A stretch of 64,000 nt of DNA from an uncultured virus (IMG/VR IMGVR_UViG_2806310702_000001) (lineage: Duplodnaviria; Heunggongvirae; Uroviricota; Caudoviricetes): the IMG/VR virus record IMGVR_UViG_2806310702_000001; one strand, 5' to 3'. Under the pieces are notes generated by a model, which worked only from the letters and a program-made list of their open reading frames with translations, was not told where the DNA came from and did not search any database. Shown here one piece after another: positions 21,650 through 30,867 of this stretch (positions within the stretch are counted from its first letter, which is position 1; the number at the start of each line of letters is the position of its first letter). The translations under genes were made by a program, and so were the position numbers.

Positions 21650-22051
21650 AACTGTTATTTTATAGAGATTTTTATATATACTAAAATTTAATTCTAAAGA
21701 GGTCTATAGTAAAAAAGATATAACAATATTAAATATAAGCCATATTTAAGCCTAAGAGCCTTTTAAATTATAAAAAGGTATCTTAGGTTATTTTAGTGTT
21801 TAAAATCGAATTTAAGGGTAAATAAGGCTAAAATAAAAGGTATATATGGATAACGATATAAATATATGTTTTAGATAGAAAAAATATGAGTAAAAAACAA
21901 CGATAAAAGTGATTAATAAGAGTGTACAAAAACACGTTGCAAATATTGTAGTATATTCTAACTGAATATATACAAGTATATATTACTAAAAGAATGTAAT
22001 AGTATATAGAATTGCTAGAGGCGTTGATATGACTAGGGTGTAGAGGTGTTT

Positions 22052-22210
22052 GGTGATTAAAAAGCATGTAGTTGGTGATTAAAAAGCTTGTGGATATTTT
22101 AAAACGGTGAGTGAAAAGCTTGTGGATAGTGATTAAAGGGCTTGACATTGGTGATTAAAAAGCGTATAGTAAATTTAACAAATAAATTTACTTGTGGATA
22201 GTGTGGATAA
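22052..22210. promoter_or_regulatory. Iteron origin with DnaA boxes and rep promoter
   Basis: GGTGATTAAAAAGC-type iterons at 22052, 22074, 22106, 22128, 22150; four TGTGGATA boxes, perfect TGTGGATAA at 22202; TTGACA 22142-17-TATAGT. Confidence 0.85.
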
Positions 22211-22257
22211 GTTATGTTAAGCAACGATATATCTACTGTGGAGGTGTGCATAACTCG

Positions 22258-23433
22258 TTGGGAAACAACAATTTGATAAAAAAGCAAAAAGCGAAAGTTT
22301 TTCGATACAATGCGGGAATAGAAGGAGCTGTTGAAGGGAATACGGTACAATTGCCTTTCGTAGCAGAATATAAGGGCGATAGGCAAACTTTAATGGAGTA
22401 TATTTGGTATACAAAAGAGAACAATCAATTAACAAAAAGGGGAATTGAAGTATCTGGACACGGCGAATTTGGAGTACCCACATTAAGAGAATACGATGTT
22501 TTAGTTAGTTTGCAAAGATTATTTTTAAACGAAAAAACAGACCATGGAAGGTGTGAATTAAGAACAGAAGACGTGACAGATGAATATTTGACTATAAACT
22601 TTACAATATATCAATTGGCTAAAGAAATGGGATATAAATCTCCTAATAGCTTAGTTTTAAATAATTTAAGACGATCTATAAAAATACTGCTAGCTACTAC
22701 AGTGACAGGGAAATATAGTGGTGGAATATATGACATAAAGAAAAAAAAGTATGTTGAAGACGAAATATCATTTCATCTGCTAGAATCTGCACATAGTCGT
22801 ATTGAATATGAAGAAACGGAGAATAATGAATTAATCGAAGTAAATAATAAGCTTAGGATCAAACTAAGTCGATTTACATACAATCAAATGATTAATGATT
22901 ATAAATTATTTTATAATAAAGGATTGTATTTAAAAACAAAGAACTTGATGGCACGAAAATTATATCATTTAGCATTGCAATGGAAGGGAAGTAACAATTT
23001 TGCGTGGGCAAATATAAATACTCTTATGGAAAAAATACCCATGATAGAAAATCAAGAAAAATACAGAAAAAGATATATAAAAAAAGCACTGAAAATACTA
23101 AATGATAAAAAAATATTAAAAATTAAATATGATGATCAAAATAAAGATTTGGTTTATTTTATATTCAACGACAGTGAAGAAACTGGCTTTTTACTCACCA
23201 AATATAATAAGTTTTCTGAAATACGAGATGCTTTTTATAATTTAGGGTTTACATTAGATGAAGTGGATGAATACTTAGATATACAAGAAATTAGATACAT
23301 TCAGGCTCTATTAAGATATATGGATTTGCAATTAAAAAGAGATAATATAGAAAAGCCTAAAGAATATTTTAAAAAATGCTTGGAGCAACGTATAAAGCTA
23401 GATGGAAGGTTTTTTAATCAAATTGGTGATTAA
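22258..23433 (+). CDS. repA: Plasmid-type replication initiator protein
   Basis: GVPTLREYDVL, FTIYQLAKEMG, ARKLY are Rep-like; flanked by iterons; TTG start after GGAGGTG. Confidence 0.75.
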   Translation: MGNNNLIKKQKAKVFRYNAGIEGAVEGNTVQLPFVAEYKGDRQTLMEYIWYTKENNQLTKRGIEVSGHGEFGVPTLREYDVLVSLQRLFLNEKTDHGRCELRTEDVTDEYLTINFTIYQLAKEMGYKSPNSLVLNNLRRSIKILLATTVTGKYSGGIYDIKKKKYVEDEISFHLLESAHSRIEYEETENNELIEVNNKLRIKLSRFTYNQMINDYKLFYNKGLYLKTKNLMARKLYHLALQWKGSNNFAWANINTLMEKIPMIENQEKYRKRYIKKALKILNDKKILKIKYDDQNKDLVYFIFNDSEETGFLLTKYNKFSEIRDAFYNLGFTLDEVDEYLDIQEIRYIQALLRYMDLQLKRDNIEKPKEYFKKCLEQRIKLDGRFFNQIGD

Positions 23434-23557
23434 AAAGCGTGTTTTGAGATAACTAATATTATATATTCGGTGATTAAAAGGCGTGTAATAGGACAACGAA
23501 GAGCCTAGAAAACACATAAATCAGTAGCAATATATTAAATACACGCCTTTTAATCAC
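23425..23557. repeat. Downstream control iterons (incA-like)
   Basis: Iterons at 23425 (over the rep stop codon) and 23469; inverted copy 23540-23557. Confidence 0.8.
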
Positions 23558-23584
23558 TTTTAAAAATAAAAGGGAGGATAATAA

Positions 23585-24352
23585 ATGTTTTTATATATTT
23601 TAAATATGGATAAAGAAAAAATGATTAAAATAGGAATAGCAACAAGCATAGAAAGAATAAAACAACATTTAAGAACTTATAATAATCTTATAGATTTAGA
23701 AGAATCTTATATAGTTACGGCTAAGGATGATAATACTATAAGAATGCTAGAGAGACAATTTTTAAATGATTATAAAGAATTTGCAATTGATAATATTAAA
23801 TTTAGTAATTTAGATGGAGCTACAGAACTAAGAAGAATTGAAATTTTAAAGGATATATTAGAAGATATACAGTATAAGAGCAATAAATTAAAATTAAAAG
23901 ATATAAAAATTAAAAAAGGTATAATAATAGAAAACAAAACTCAAAGTCGATCAAATAATAAGGTTAATAATAATAAGAAAAAAATTAATATAACCAACAT
24001 GGATCATTTACTTAACATAGGTCAAATAGAAGCGTTCATTAGGCGTTTAAAAAAATATAAAGATAATATCGTTAGTATTCATTATTCAAACGAGAATGTG
24101 GTAGAGCGAATAAATTTTGAATTTAAAGATGAAAATGAATATGAAGGTATTGGTGTTATTAGCTTGCATGCTCAAAAAGGTGGTTGTAATTTGATTAATT
24201 ATGAAGAACATTTTTTAGATGATGATAGTATTATATTAGAATTATATATAAATTCCAAAAACAAGAACGGTCATAAAAAAGATGGATTAAATTATTATAC
24301 AAATATGTTTTTTGATAATATACAAGAAGTTTTAAAGAGTGTTTGTGTATAA
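23585..24352 (+). CDS. GIY-YIG/T5orf172-like domain protein
   Basis: FLYIL...IKIGIA...RIK...LE...GATE. Confidence 0.6.
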   Translation: MFLYILNMDKEKMIKIGIATSIERIKQHLRTYNNLIDLEESYIVTAKDDNTIRMLERQFLNDYKEFAIDNIKFSNLDGATELRRIEILKDILEDIQYKSNKLKLKDIKIKKGIIIENKTQSRSNNKVNNNKKKINITNMDHLLNIGQIEAFIRRLKKYKDNIVSIHYSNENVVERINFEFKDENEYEGIGVISLHAQKGGCNLINYEEHFLDDDSIILELYINSKNKNGHKKDGLNYYTNMFFDNIQEVLKSVCV

Positions 24353-24402
24353 TAATATAGAACGAACAATATTTATATAGTATTTATCTATTTATCATAA
24401 AC

Positions 24403-24462
24403 AAAATTAAATTAAATATTTTCGAAAAAAGTATTGACATAGTTTGGGTATCATGGTAAACT
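24403..24462 (+). promoter_or_regulatory. sigA promoter with upstream box
   Basis: Box 24403, TTGACA 24434, 17 bp, TGnTAAACT. Confidence 0.7.
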
Positions 24463-24670
24463 TATAAATGTAGACGGAAGCAGATATTATTGTCAACTAC
24501 TCTAAAGAGTATATATTTTTATTGTTTATGAATTATAAAATTAAATTAAAACATTTTAAGAGTTCGATAACGGTAAATAGTTGTGCAAAAGCAGTATATG
24601 TCGAATAGAATTTATTGACAACACAATATTTGCAGGAATATAATAGAAAATGTAGAAAGGAGATACTAAA

Positions 24671-24808
24671 ATGGAATTTAACAAGTTAATATTAACATCA
24701 ACAATGGCTCATTTCAAAAGTGGAATCAATGGAAAAAATCAAAATACTTTTAGAGTTCCTCCTATATCAACTATAGTTGGTATATTAAAAAACATATGTA
24801 TTAATTAA
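24671..24808 (+). pseudogene. cas5: N-terminal fragment of type I Cas5 (45 aa)
   Basis: MEFNKLILTSTMAHFK...TFRVPPISTIVGILKNI fits the Cas5 N-terminal signature; AAGGAG RBS; stop lies inside CRISPR repeat 1. Confidence 0.7.
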
Positions 24809-24950
24809 ACTATATGTGTTGTAGGTTTTTTAATTGGTGCAAGTGTATCTATTTGTATTAATTAAACTATATTAGTTATAAAGACTTGTATGTTAGAATT
24901 TATGAAGGAAACGTTAAATATGTATTAATTGAACTATATTAGTTATAAAT
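24798..24950 (+). CRISPR. CRISPR mini-array, 3 repeats and 2 spacers, type I-B-like
   Basis: 29-nt repeats GTATTAATT(A/G)AACTATATTAGTTATAAA(G/T) at 24855 and 24922, degenerate copy at 24798; spacers 28 and 38 nt. Confidence 0.75.
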
Positions 24951-24981
24951 GAGTCATTAAAATCTATCTTTTATGATGATA

Positions 24982-25041
24982 GAAATTAAATTAAAATATT
25001 TCAAAATAACCATTGACATAAATGGAAAACAGTAGTAGAAT
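24982..25041 (+). promoter_or_regulatory. sigA promoter with upstream box
   Basis: Box 24982, TTGACA 25013, 17 bp, TAGAAT. Confidence 0.75.
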
Positions 25042-25148
25042 AATAAATGTGGAAAGAAAATATAAGGTTAGTATGGGTTGGAACATTTTGTTCAAGCCCT
25101 TTACATAAAAATATTAACAAAATTAAATTAAACAAGAGGAGGAATTAT

Positions 25149-26156
25149 ATGACGAATAGTTTAATGATTTTTGAAGGCTCAGAGTTAGAAATTTTAACAA
25201 AAGAGGATATAAATTTTGAGTTTGAAGGCACAGTTTTATTCAATGGGAAACAAGTTCAAGGTATATTAGGATATTCAACATCGAGCAAGACGATTATTAG
25301 ATTAATTAGAGAAAATCAAAAGTATAAGGTGAAAAATTCAGATGTGCTAAATCAGCACTTCCGAAAATTGAATAATGCAGGTGAAACATTTATCACTGAA
25401 AAGGGTGTAATGAAACTTATTATAAATAGTGATATGCCCAAAGCAGATGAATTTGAAGAAAAAGTGTGGGATATAGTAACTAAAGTTCATCAAACTGGAA
25501 AATATGATTCTACAGAAGAACAAATTAAATTGATACAAGATAAAAAGGAACGAGAACTAAGTTTAGGATTGTACTCTTTGCAACAAGCGTTAAAAGTTAA
25601 TCCGAGTGATTATAGTTTATCTATATTAGTAAATCAAAAAGATCAGGAGTTAAAGTTGTATAAGCAAGAAAAACAATTAGAACAAATTCAAAATGGAATA
25701 GAAGAACTCGATAGTAAGATTAAAAAAGCTACGGTACTAAGAGAAGGAGATAAAAGTGCTAAAAACATAGCTAAATATTTCAAAGTATATTCCAAAAATA
25801 ATAAGCCACATAATCAATTTGCGGATAAAATAGCTAAAGAATTAGGATTTTATATCAATCCGATAGGTAATGCAGGCTATCAAGATAAATATATTAGTAT
25901 AAATTTAACTAATATTGGAGGAACTACAGTATCAGAAATAAAATATAGCAGGGAAGCACTAGAATTAATGAAAGAGTATATTCGTACATATGGTTTGCAA
26001 GTGAAAGCTCAATATGGTAAAAGGGGGTTAAATAAAGGTAAAATTATAAAAGCTGAGATGATATTTAAAAATGGAGAACATATTTTTATAAATGAAAATA
26101 CATATAACATATATTCAACTAGATCAACAGTTTCTTATGATATAAAGGGAATTTAA
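25149..26156 (+). CDS. Bro-N domain protein
   Basis: FITEKGVMKLIINSDMPKADEFEEKVWD...TGKY; ATG after GAGGAGG. Confidence 0.8.
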   Translation: MTNSLMIFEGSELEILTKEDINFEFEGTVLFNGKQVQGILGYSTSSKTIIRLIRENQKYKVKNSDVLNQHFRKLNNAGETFITEKGVMKLIINSDMPKADEFEEKVWDIVTKVHQTGKYDSTEEQIKLIQDKKERELSLGLYSLQQALKVNPSDYSLSILVNQKDQELKLYKQEKQLEQIQNGIEELDSKIKKATVLREGDKSAKNIAKYFKVYSKNNKPHNQFADKIAKELGFYINPIGNAGYQDKYISINLTNIGGTTVSEIKYSREALELMKEYIRTYGLQVKAQYGKRGLNKGKIIKAEMIFKNGEHIFINENTYNIYSTRSTVSYDIKGI

Positions 26157-26420
26157 GCACATATAATACATATTAAAATTCAGATTAAACGAAAGATTAT
26201 CATATTTAATCAACAAAAGATAAAAATATTAGAAATATGAACAGAGGTGAAATTTGTGAAAGTGAATGAATCTAAGTTGCAAGAATACATATTAAAAATA
26301 GCGAAAAAATATAAAGAATCTACAAAAGAAGATAGAATTAAAGTAGGACAAAGGATTAATTGTCATATAGATTAGTAATTAAAAACAAAATTAATATCAA
26401 TAAGAAAGAGAGGAAGAAAA

Positions 26421-27339
26421 ATGAATAAAGAACAGTTGTTAAATATTATGAAGGTATTAGCAAACAATAAAATTGTAGAGGCTCATAAGAAAGATTTAGT
26501 TAATTTGCATGGGGATACTAATACACCACAAGTAACGAGATTATTAGATATATTAGAAAAGCAAGGGTATATAAGTACAATAGAAAAAACTAAAAATTTA
26601 GGTAGAGGTAAATGGACTCCATATAAGTGGAAAATTAATGAAAATGTTAATATTCCTAAAGATAACAACCGTGACAACGTAAAGTTGACAGATGTTATTA
26701 ATAAAAATACTAATGACTATGAAAATGTGATTAATATATTCAATTATCAGCAAGAGAAATTCAATAATATTGATATTGATGTGATAGACACAGAGAAGGG
26801 CAAAGTAATACCTGTATCTAATATTTATAATGCTTTAGGACTAAGTAGACAAGCAATTTATCAATTATTGGATAGAAATAAAGAGTTGTTTGATGGAATG
26901 ATATTTAATATAAATATGGGAGATGGTGATAGAATATGTGTAAATAAAGAAGGAATAATTGGATTATTGATGAAAATGCAGTATGAAAGATTAAAGGAAG
27001 ATAAAAAAACAATTGGTATTGCAATTTCAAAAATGGTGCATGAAAACTTTAAGCGAACTTGTGTCTAATGGCAAGGTAGAATTAAAGAATCAAGAACAAC
27101 AAGAAGTTAAAAATAACATAGGTAGCACAACAGGATTGAGCGATAAAGATATAGATACGTTATTTGGAGATATAGAAGAGTTATTATACAATAAATTACA
27201 TATATTACATAAGGTTGTCAACGAATTAAAAGATGAGAGAAATAATTGTAAAATCATAGCTGAGTCTGAAAAACAAAGAAGTGAAAGACTGATAGCTAAG
27301 ACAGTAGAATTAAGAGAAAAGATTTATAGTATTAGATAG
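26421..27339 (+). pseudogene. wHTH + antirepressor-like protein split by a +1 frameshift in an A7 run
   Basis: ORFs 26421-27068 and 27013-27339 join (EDKKQLVLQFQKWCM) if one A is removed from 27003-27009. Confidence 0.65.
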
Positions 27340-27378
27340 TCAATTAAAAAATTAAATTAAATTTGGAGGAAAGATAAA

Positions 27379-27540
27379 ATGGCAATTAGTTCAAGAATTA
27401 AAGAGATGGCAAAGCAACAATTTTTATTAAAAAGAGATAACGTAATATCTAAAGCAACTCGAAAAGCAAAACAGGAACAGTATGAAATTCTATTTGGTGG
27501 TCATTCAGCTAAAATGCAAGGTAAAACAATACATATATAA
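27379..27540 (+). CDS. Small basic hypothetical protein (53 aa)
   Basis: GGAGGA RBS; MAISSRIKEMAK... Confidence 0.55.
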   Translation: MAISSRIKEMAKQQFLLKRDNVISKATRKAKQEQYEILFGGHSAKMQGKTIHI

Positions 27541-27591
27541 ATTGAAATATACTTTTAACGGTAACAAACATCCATTCTTTTATAATTATAT

Positions 27592-27728
27592 AAAATTAAA
27601 TTAAAAATAAGTATTGACATTAACACTCCTATTTGATATACTTACAATAAGTTAAGGAAAGAAATAAATAAATGTTAGCGAAAATAAATTAAAAAAGTGT
27701 TGACAGTGTAAAAAATAAGTGGTAAAAT
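27592..27728 (+). promoter_or_regulatory. Tandem sigA promoters
   Basis: Box 27592; TTGACA 27614-17-TATACT; TTGACA 27700-17-TAAAAT. Confidence 0.75.
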
Positions 27729-27764
27729 TAAGTTAATAAATAATTAAAGAGGAGTGGATGTTAA

Positions 27765-28427
27765 ATGTTAAAAGGATTAGAAGCTTTAAAAGCAGTACAG
27801 AGGAATATGGAAATTAAGAGAGGTGATGTGTGGATAGTCGATATACCAAAAGAAGCTAGAGAAATTTTTGGGAATAATATTCAGATAGGGCTAAGACCTT
27901 GTATAATAATTTCAGGCGAAGGTAATAACAGACATGCCAACATAGTAAATATATTACCTATAAGTAGTAAAATAAATAAGGTGTACCCACAACATACTGA
28001 AATCAATACATATGACGAATTAAGAGATTGTGGGTTATCTAAAAGAAGTATTATTTTATCTGAACAAATGATGACAATAGACAAAAGTAAATTAATAGAT
28101 AAACTAGGAAGAGCTAATTCAAAATTAATGGAAAGAGTAGAAAAAGGATTAGATGTTCAACAAGGTAAAAATTTAAGAGATGTATCAAGAGGTAATTATA
28201 TACAAAATTTCAATAAAGAAAATTTTAGTTTAAAAAAAGCGTTTGACAAAATAACAATGCTAAATAAAGCTAAAACATTAGATGCAGAATTGTATATGTA
28301 TCTTTATTCAGAACTTAAAGAATATTGCGAAAGTTATAAGATCAAATATTATGAAGTGGTGAGTAAATATAACAATAGTAGACTTAATTCTGCAATGATA
28401 AATGATATGGTTTCTGTAAGTTGTTAA
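27765..28427 (+). CDS. PemK/MazF-family protein with C-terminal extension
   Basis: KRGDVWIVD, QIGLRPCIIIS..NN, ILPISS, EQMMTIDKSKL. Confidence 0.85.
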   Translation: MLKGLEALKAVQRNMEIKRGDVWIVDIPKEAREIFGNNIQIGLRPCIIISGEGNNRHANIVNILPISSKINKVYPQHTEINTYDELRDCGLSKRSIILSEQMMTIDKSKLIDKLGRANSKLMERVEKGLDVQQGKNLRDVSRGNYIQNFNKENFSLKKAFDKITMLNKAKTLDAELYMYLYSELKEYCESYKIKYYEVVSKYNNSRLNSAMINDMVSVSC

Positions 28428-28540
28428 CTATTGTACACAGTAGCAAAAGACGGCAAACTAAGGAAATTGGGGGAAGTAAAATGATTAAATGTAGGAGTAA
28501 TAGACACCCCTCGGATAGACAACATATAGACTCAACTATA

Positions 28541-28606
28541 TCTAGGTGGCTATTCTAATTTAATATAATAGTAAATAAAAATGTTAAATTAGAATAGCCA
28601 CCTAGA
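28541..28606. repeat. 23-bp perfect inverted repeat
   Basis: TCTAGGTGGCTATTCTAATTTAA / TTAAATTAGAATAGCCACCTAGA. Confidence 0.9.
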
Positions 28607-28637
28607 CGAAAATTAAAAACAAAAAGGAGAGATTAAA

Positions 28638-29294
28638 ATGAAACTAATAATAACTGATTATATAATTAAACAATATAGAAAAGAAATCAAAACTGATAAA
28701 AAGCTAGATGATGTAATTATAAGGAAGAAAATAGAAGCTTTAGTTGAAGTATCAAACAGAAATGTTATTAATAATAAATGTATATATAACTACCAAGGAA
28801 ATGTAATAATAGTGGAAATTCTAACAAATAAAGTAACAGAAGCTACTTTTGTATACTTAAAAAATACACCAGAATTAAAAGGTGCGTATATTAAAGTAGG
28901 ATTAACTGAAAATGGAAATAAACTGGTTTATAGTAATACGTTACCTACGGCAAAAGAAGTTAAAAAAATAATCAAAAACAACAAATATAATATAAAATTC
29001 ACATTAGACGAAAAGCAATTGTATCCATTACATTTCGTTTCAGGAAATGATGAATTTGTAGCTAGATTAGATCATAACAATCTATTTGAGGTTAAACATT
29101 TGAATGATAAATTCTTCTTAAAAGGACATAATAAAAACAAGCTACATAGTCACTTGCAAAGAAGATATGGTAAGTTAACAGACATGTTAGAATCCATTCA
29201 TAATCATGCTAGATTTCAATTAGAACAAGATTATAGAGATAGACAATTATTAAATGTATTAGGAATAAATAATATGAGCATGGTCAACTGTTAA
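28638..29294 (+). CDS. Hypothetical protein
   Basis: 218 aa, AAGGAG RBS. Confidence 0.75.
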   Translation: MKLIITDYIIKQYRKEIKTDKKLDDVIIRKKIEALVEVSNRNVINNKCIYNYQGNVIIVEILTNKVTEATFVYLKNTPELKGAYIKVGLTENGNKLVYSNTLPTAKEVKKIIKNNKYNIKFTLDEKQLYPLHFVSGNDEFVARLDHNNLFEVKHLNDKFFLKGHNKNKLHSHLQRRYGKLTDMLESIHNHARFQLEQDYRDRQLLNVLGINNMSMVNC

Positions 29295-29460
29295 TTAAGA
29301 CGTAAAATGAGAAATAAAATAAAAAATGTTATACTATTAAGTTAAAATATGTTTATTTTTTAATTAATTTGTGGTATTATATAAGAGAAGCCATAATATT
29401 TATTTAAAAATAATCTTCGGCAAGATTAAAATAGATAATATGTAACGGAGGAGAATAAAA

Positions 29461-30867
29461 ATGAAAATAAAAAGTCGAGATGAATTGGGAAAAATAAAAA
29501 ATGAAATAGACGAATTGTTGGAAGAAGAACTTCCTAAAATGTATGCTTTGTATCCTAAAATGGTATATGATGTAGCAGATGTTTTAGAAGATAAAAACAT
29601 AATGATAGGAACTGTAAGTAGTTTATTTGGAGGAATAAATCCAATATACAAATTAGAGGAAATCAAAGAGTTAGGAAGCTTTTTGAAGGCAGTTTATGAA
29701 GTTGGGAAAAGATATGCTAAGAACAACATATTAGTTATTCCTAATTTAGAGAAATTGAACCCAAAGGATTTTTACACTGAAACAGAAATTAACGCAATTA
29801 ATTTATATAAGAAAGATATAATAAAAGAAAGTAATATAATGAAGTTATTTGTAAGAAAAAATGCAGAAAATCATTATGTATGTGCTTATATATCAATGGT
29901 AGAGTATATAGATTATTATAAAAGAGGATTAATAAATTACAATCCTAATACACAAAGAGAAACAACTAAAAAGGTTGTTGGTGGTCAAATAAATGAATTT
30001 ATTACAATCTATCAAAAAAATATCAATAAAATATATGAAAATCTAAAAAATGATAAGTTTGATCCTAATATGTTGACTCTAAATATTAGAGATAACAAAG
30101 ACGATAATCCTCAATTTGATGATGGAGATATGAATATTGGAGATTATGGATGGCTAAAAATTAAAGTTGACAGTAAAGAACGTTCTTACGTTGATTTACT
30201 CGATGGTCAACATAGAACGTCCGCACAAGAAAGATATGTAGAAGAATATCCAAATACAGATAAATATAATATGTTGAGTATATTTGTATTTAACGAAGAA
30301 CAAGCTATTCATCATATCATTCAAGAAAACTCAGGTACAAAAATTGATGAAACATCTTTACAAAGACGTGATCCTGATAACAAAGGTGTTGCGATAGCAA
30401 AGGAATTAAAAACGCTAAGCAAAGAATTAACAGGTCAAATAGCAGATGACTTAATTGAGTTGACACAACATAAAAAGTATACAGATATAGTAACATTAGG
30501 TTCAGCTATAAATAATTGTTTTACAATTGATGGTAGACGAGAATATAAAAAAGTTAAAGAATATTTAAGGGATTTCTTTGATGTTGTCATAGATTGCTAT
30601 AGGGATTATTTTAATAAAGATAATTTACAACCTAAAGAATTATTTTATAGAAAAAACACCTTTGTAGCCTTTTGTTATATTGCTAAAAAATTGTACCAAA
30701 ATGATAACTGGGAAGACTTGGCGTTTGACATCTTTGATACATTACAAATAGAAGAAATTGAAAGTATATCAAGCAATAGAAAGATATTAAAGCCGAGTGA
30801 TTATAAAATTATATCTAATAAAATTCAGAGTATACTAGAGAAAAGCGAGGTGGCAATAGATGGCTAA
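29461..30867 (+). CDS. DGQHR/DndB-like (ParB superfamily) protein, SPbeta YopQ-like
   Basis: YNPNTQR and LLDGQHR motifs; overlaps the next gene. Confidence 0.75.
   Translation: MKIKSRDELGKIKNEIDELLEEELPKMYALYPKMVYDVADVLEDKNIMIGTVSSLFGGINPIYKLEEIKELGSFLKAVYEVGKRYAKNNILVIPNLEKLNPKDFYTETEINAINLYKKDIIKESNIMKLFVRKNAENHYVCAYISMVEYIDYYKRGLINYNPNTQRETTKKVVGGQINEFITIYQKNINKIYENLKNDKFDPNMLTLNIRDNKDDNPQFDDGDMNIGDYGWLKIKVDSKERSYVDLLDGQHRTSAQERYVEEYPNTDKYNMLSIFVFNEEQAIHHIIQENSGTKIDETSLQRRDPDNKGVAIAKELKTLSKELTGQIADDLIELTQHKKYTDIVTLGSAINNCFTIDGRREYKKVKEYLRDFFDVVIDCYRDYFNKDNLQPKELFYRKNTFVAFCYIAKKLYQNDNWEDLAFDIFDTLQIEEIESISSNRKILKPSDYKIISNKIQSILEKSEVAIDG

Noticed and set aside
22052..22163. CRISPR array
   Set aside because: 14-bp repeats with 8-18 bp gaps, DnaA boxes and an adjacent rep gene indicate iterons
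28452..28530. c-di-GMP-I riboswitch-like string GGCAAAC..GAAA..GAAGTAAA
   Set aside because: The GACGCAAA segment is degenerate and I cannot find the second stem; needs an Rfam search
29461..30867. Phosphorothioation (dnd) system
   Set aside because: Only a DGQHR/DndB-like gene; no dndA, C, D or E in the window
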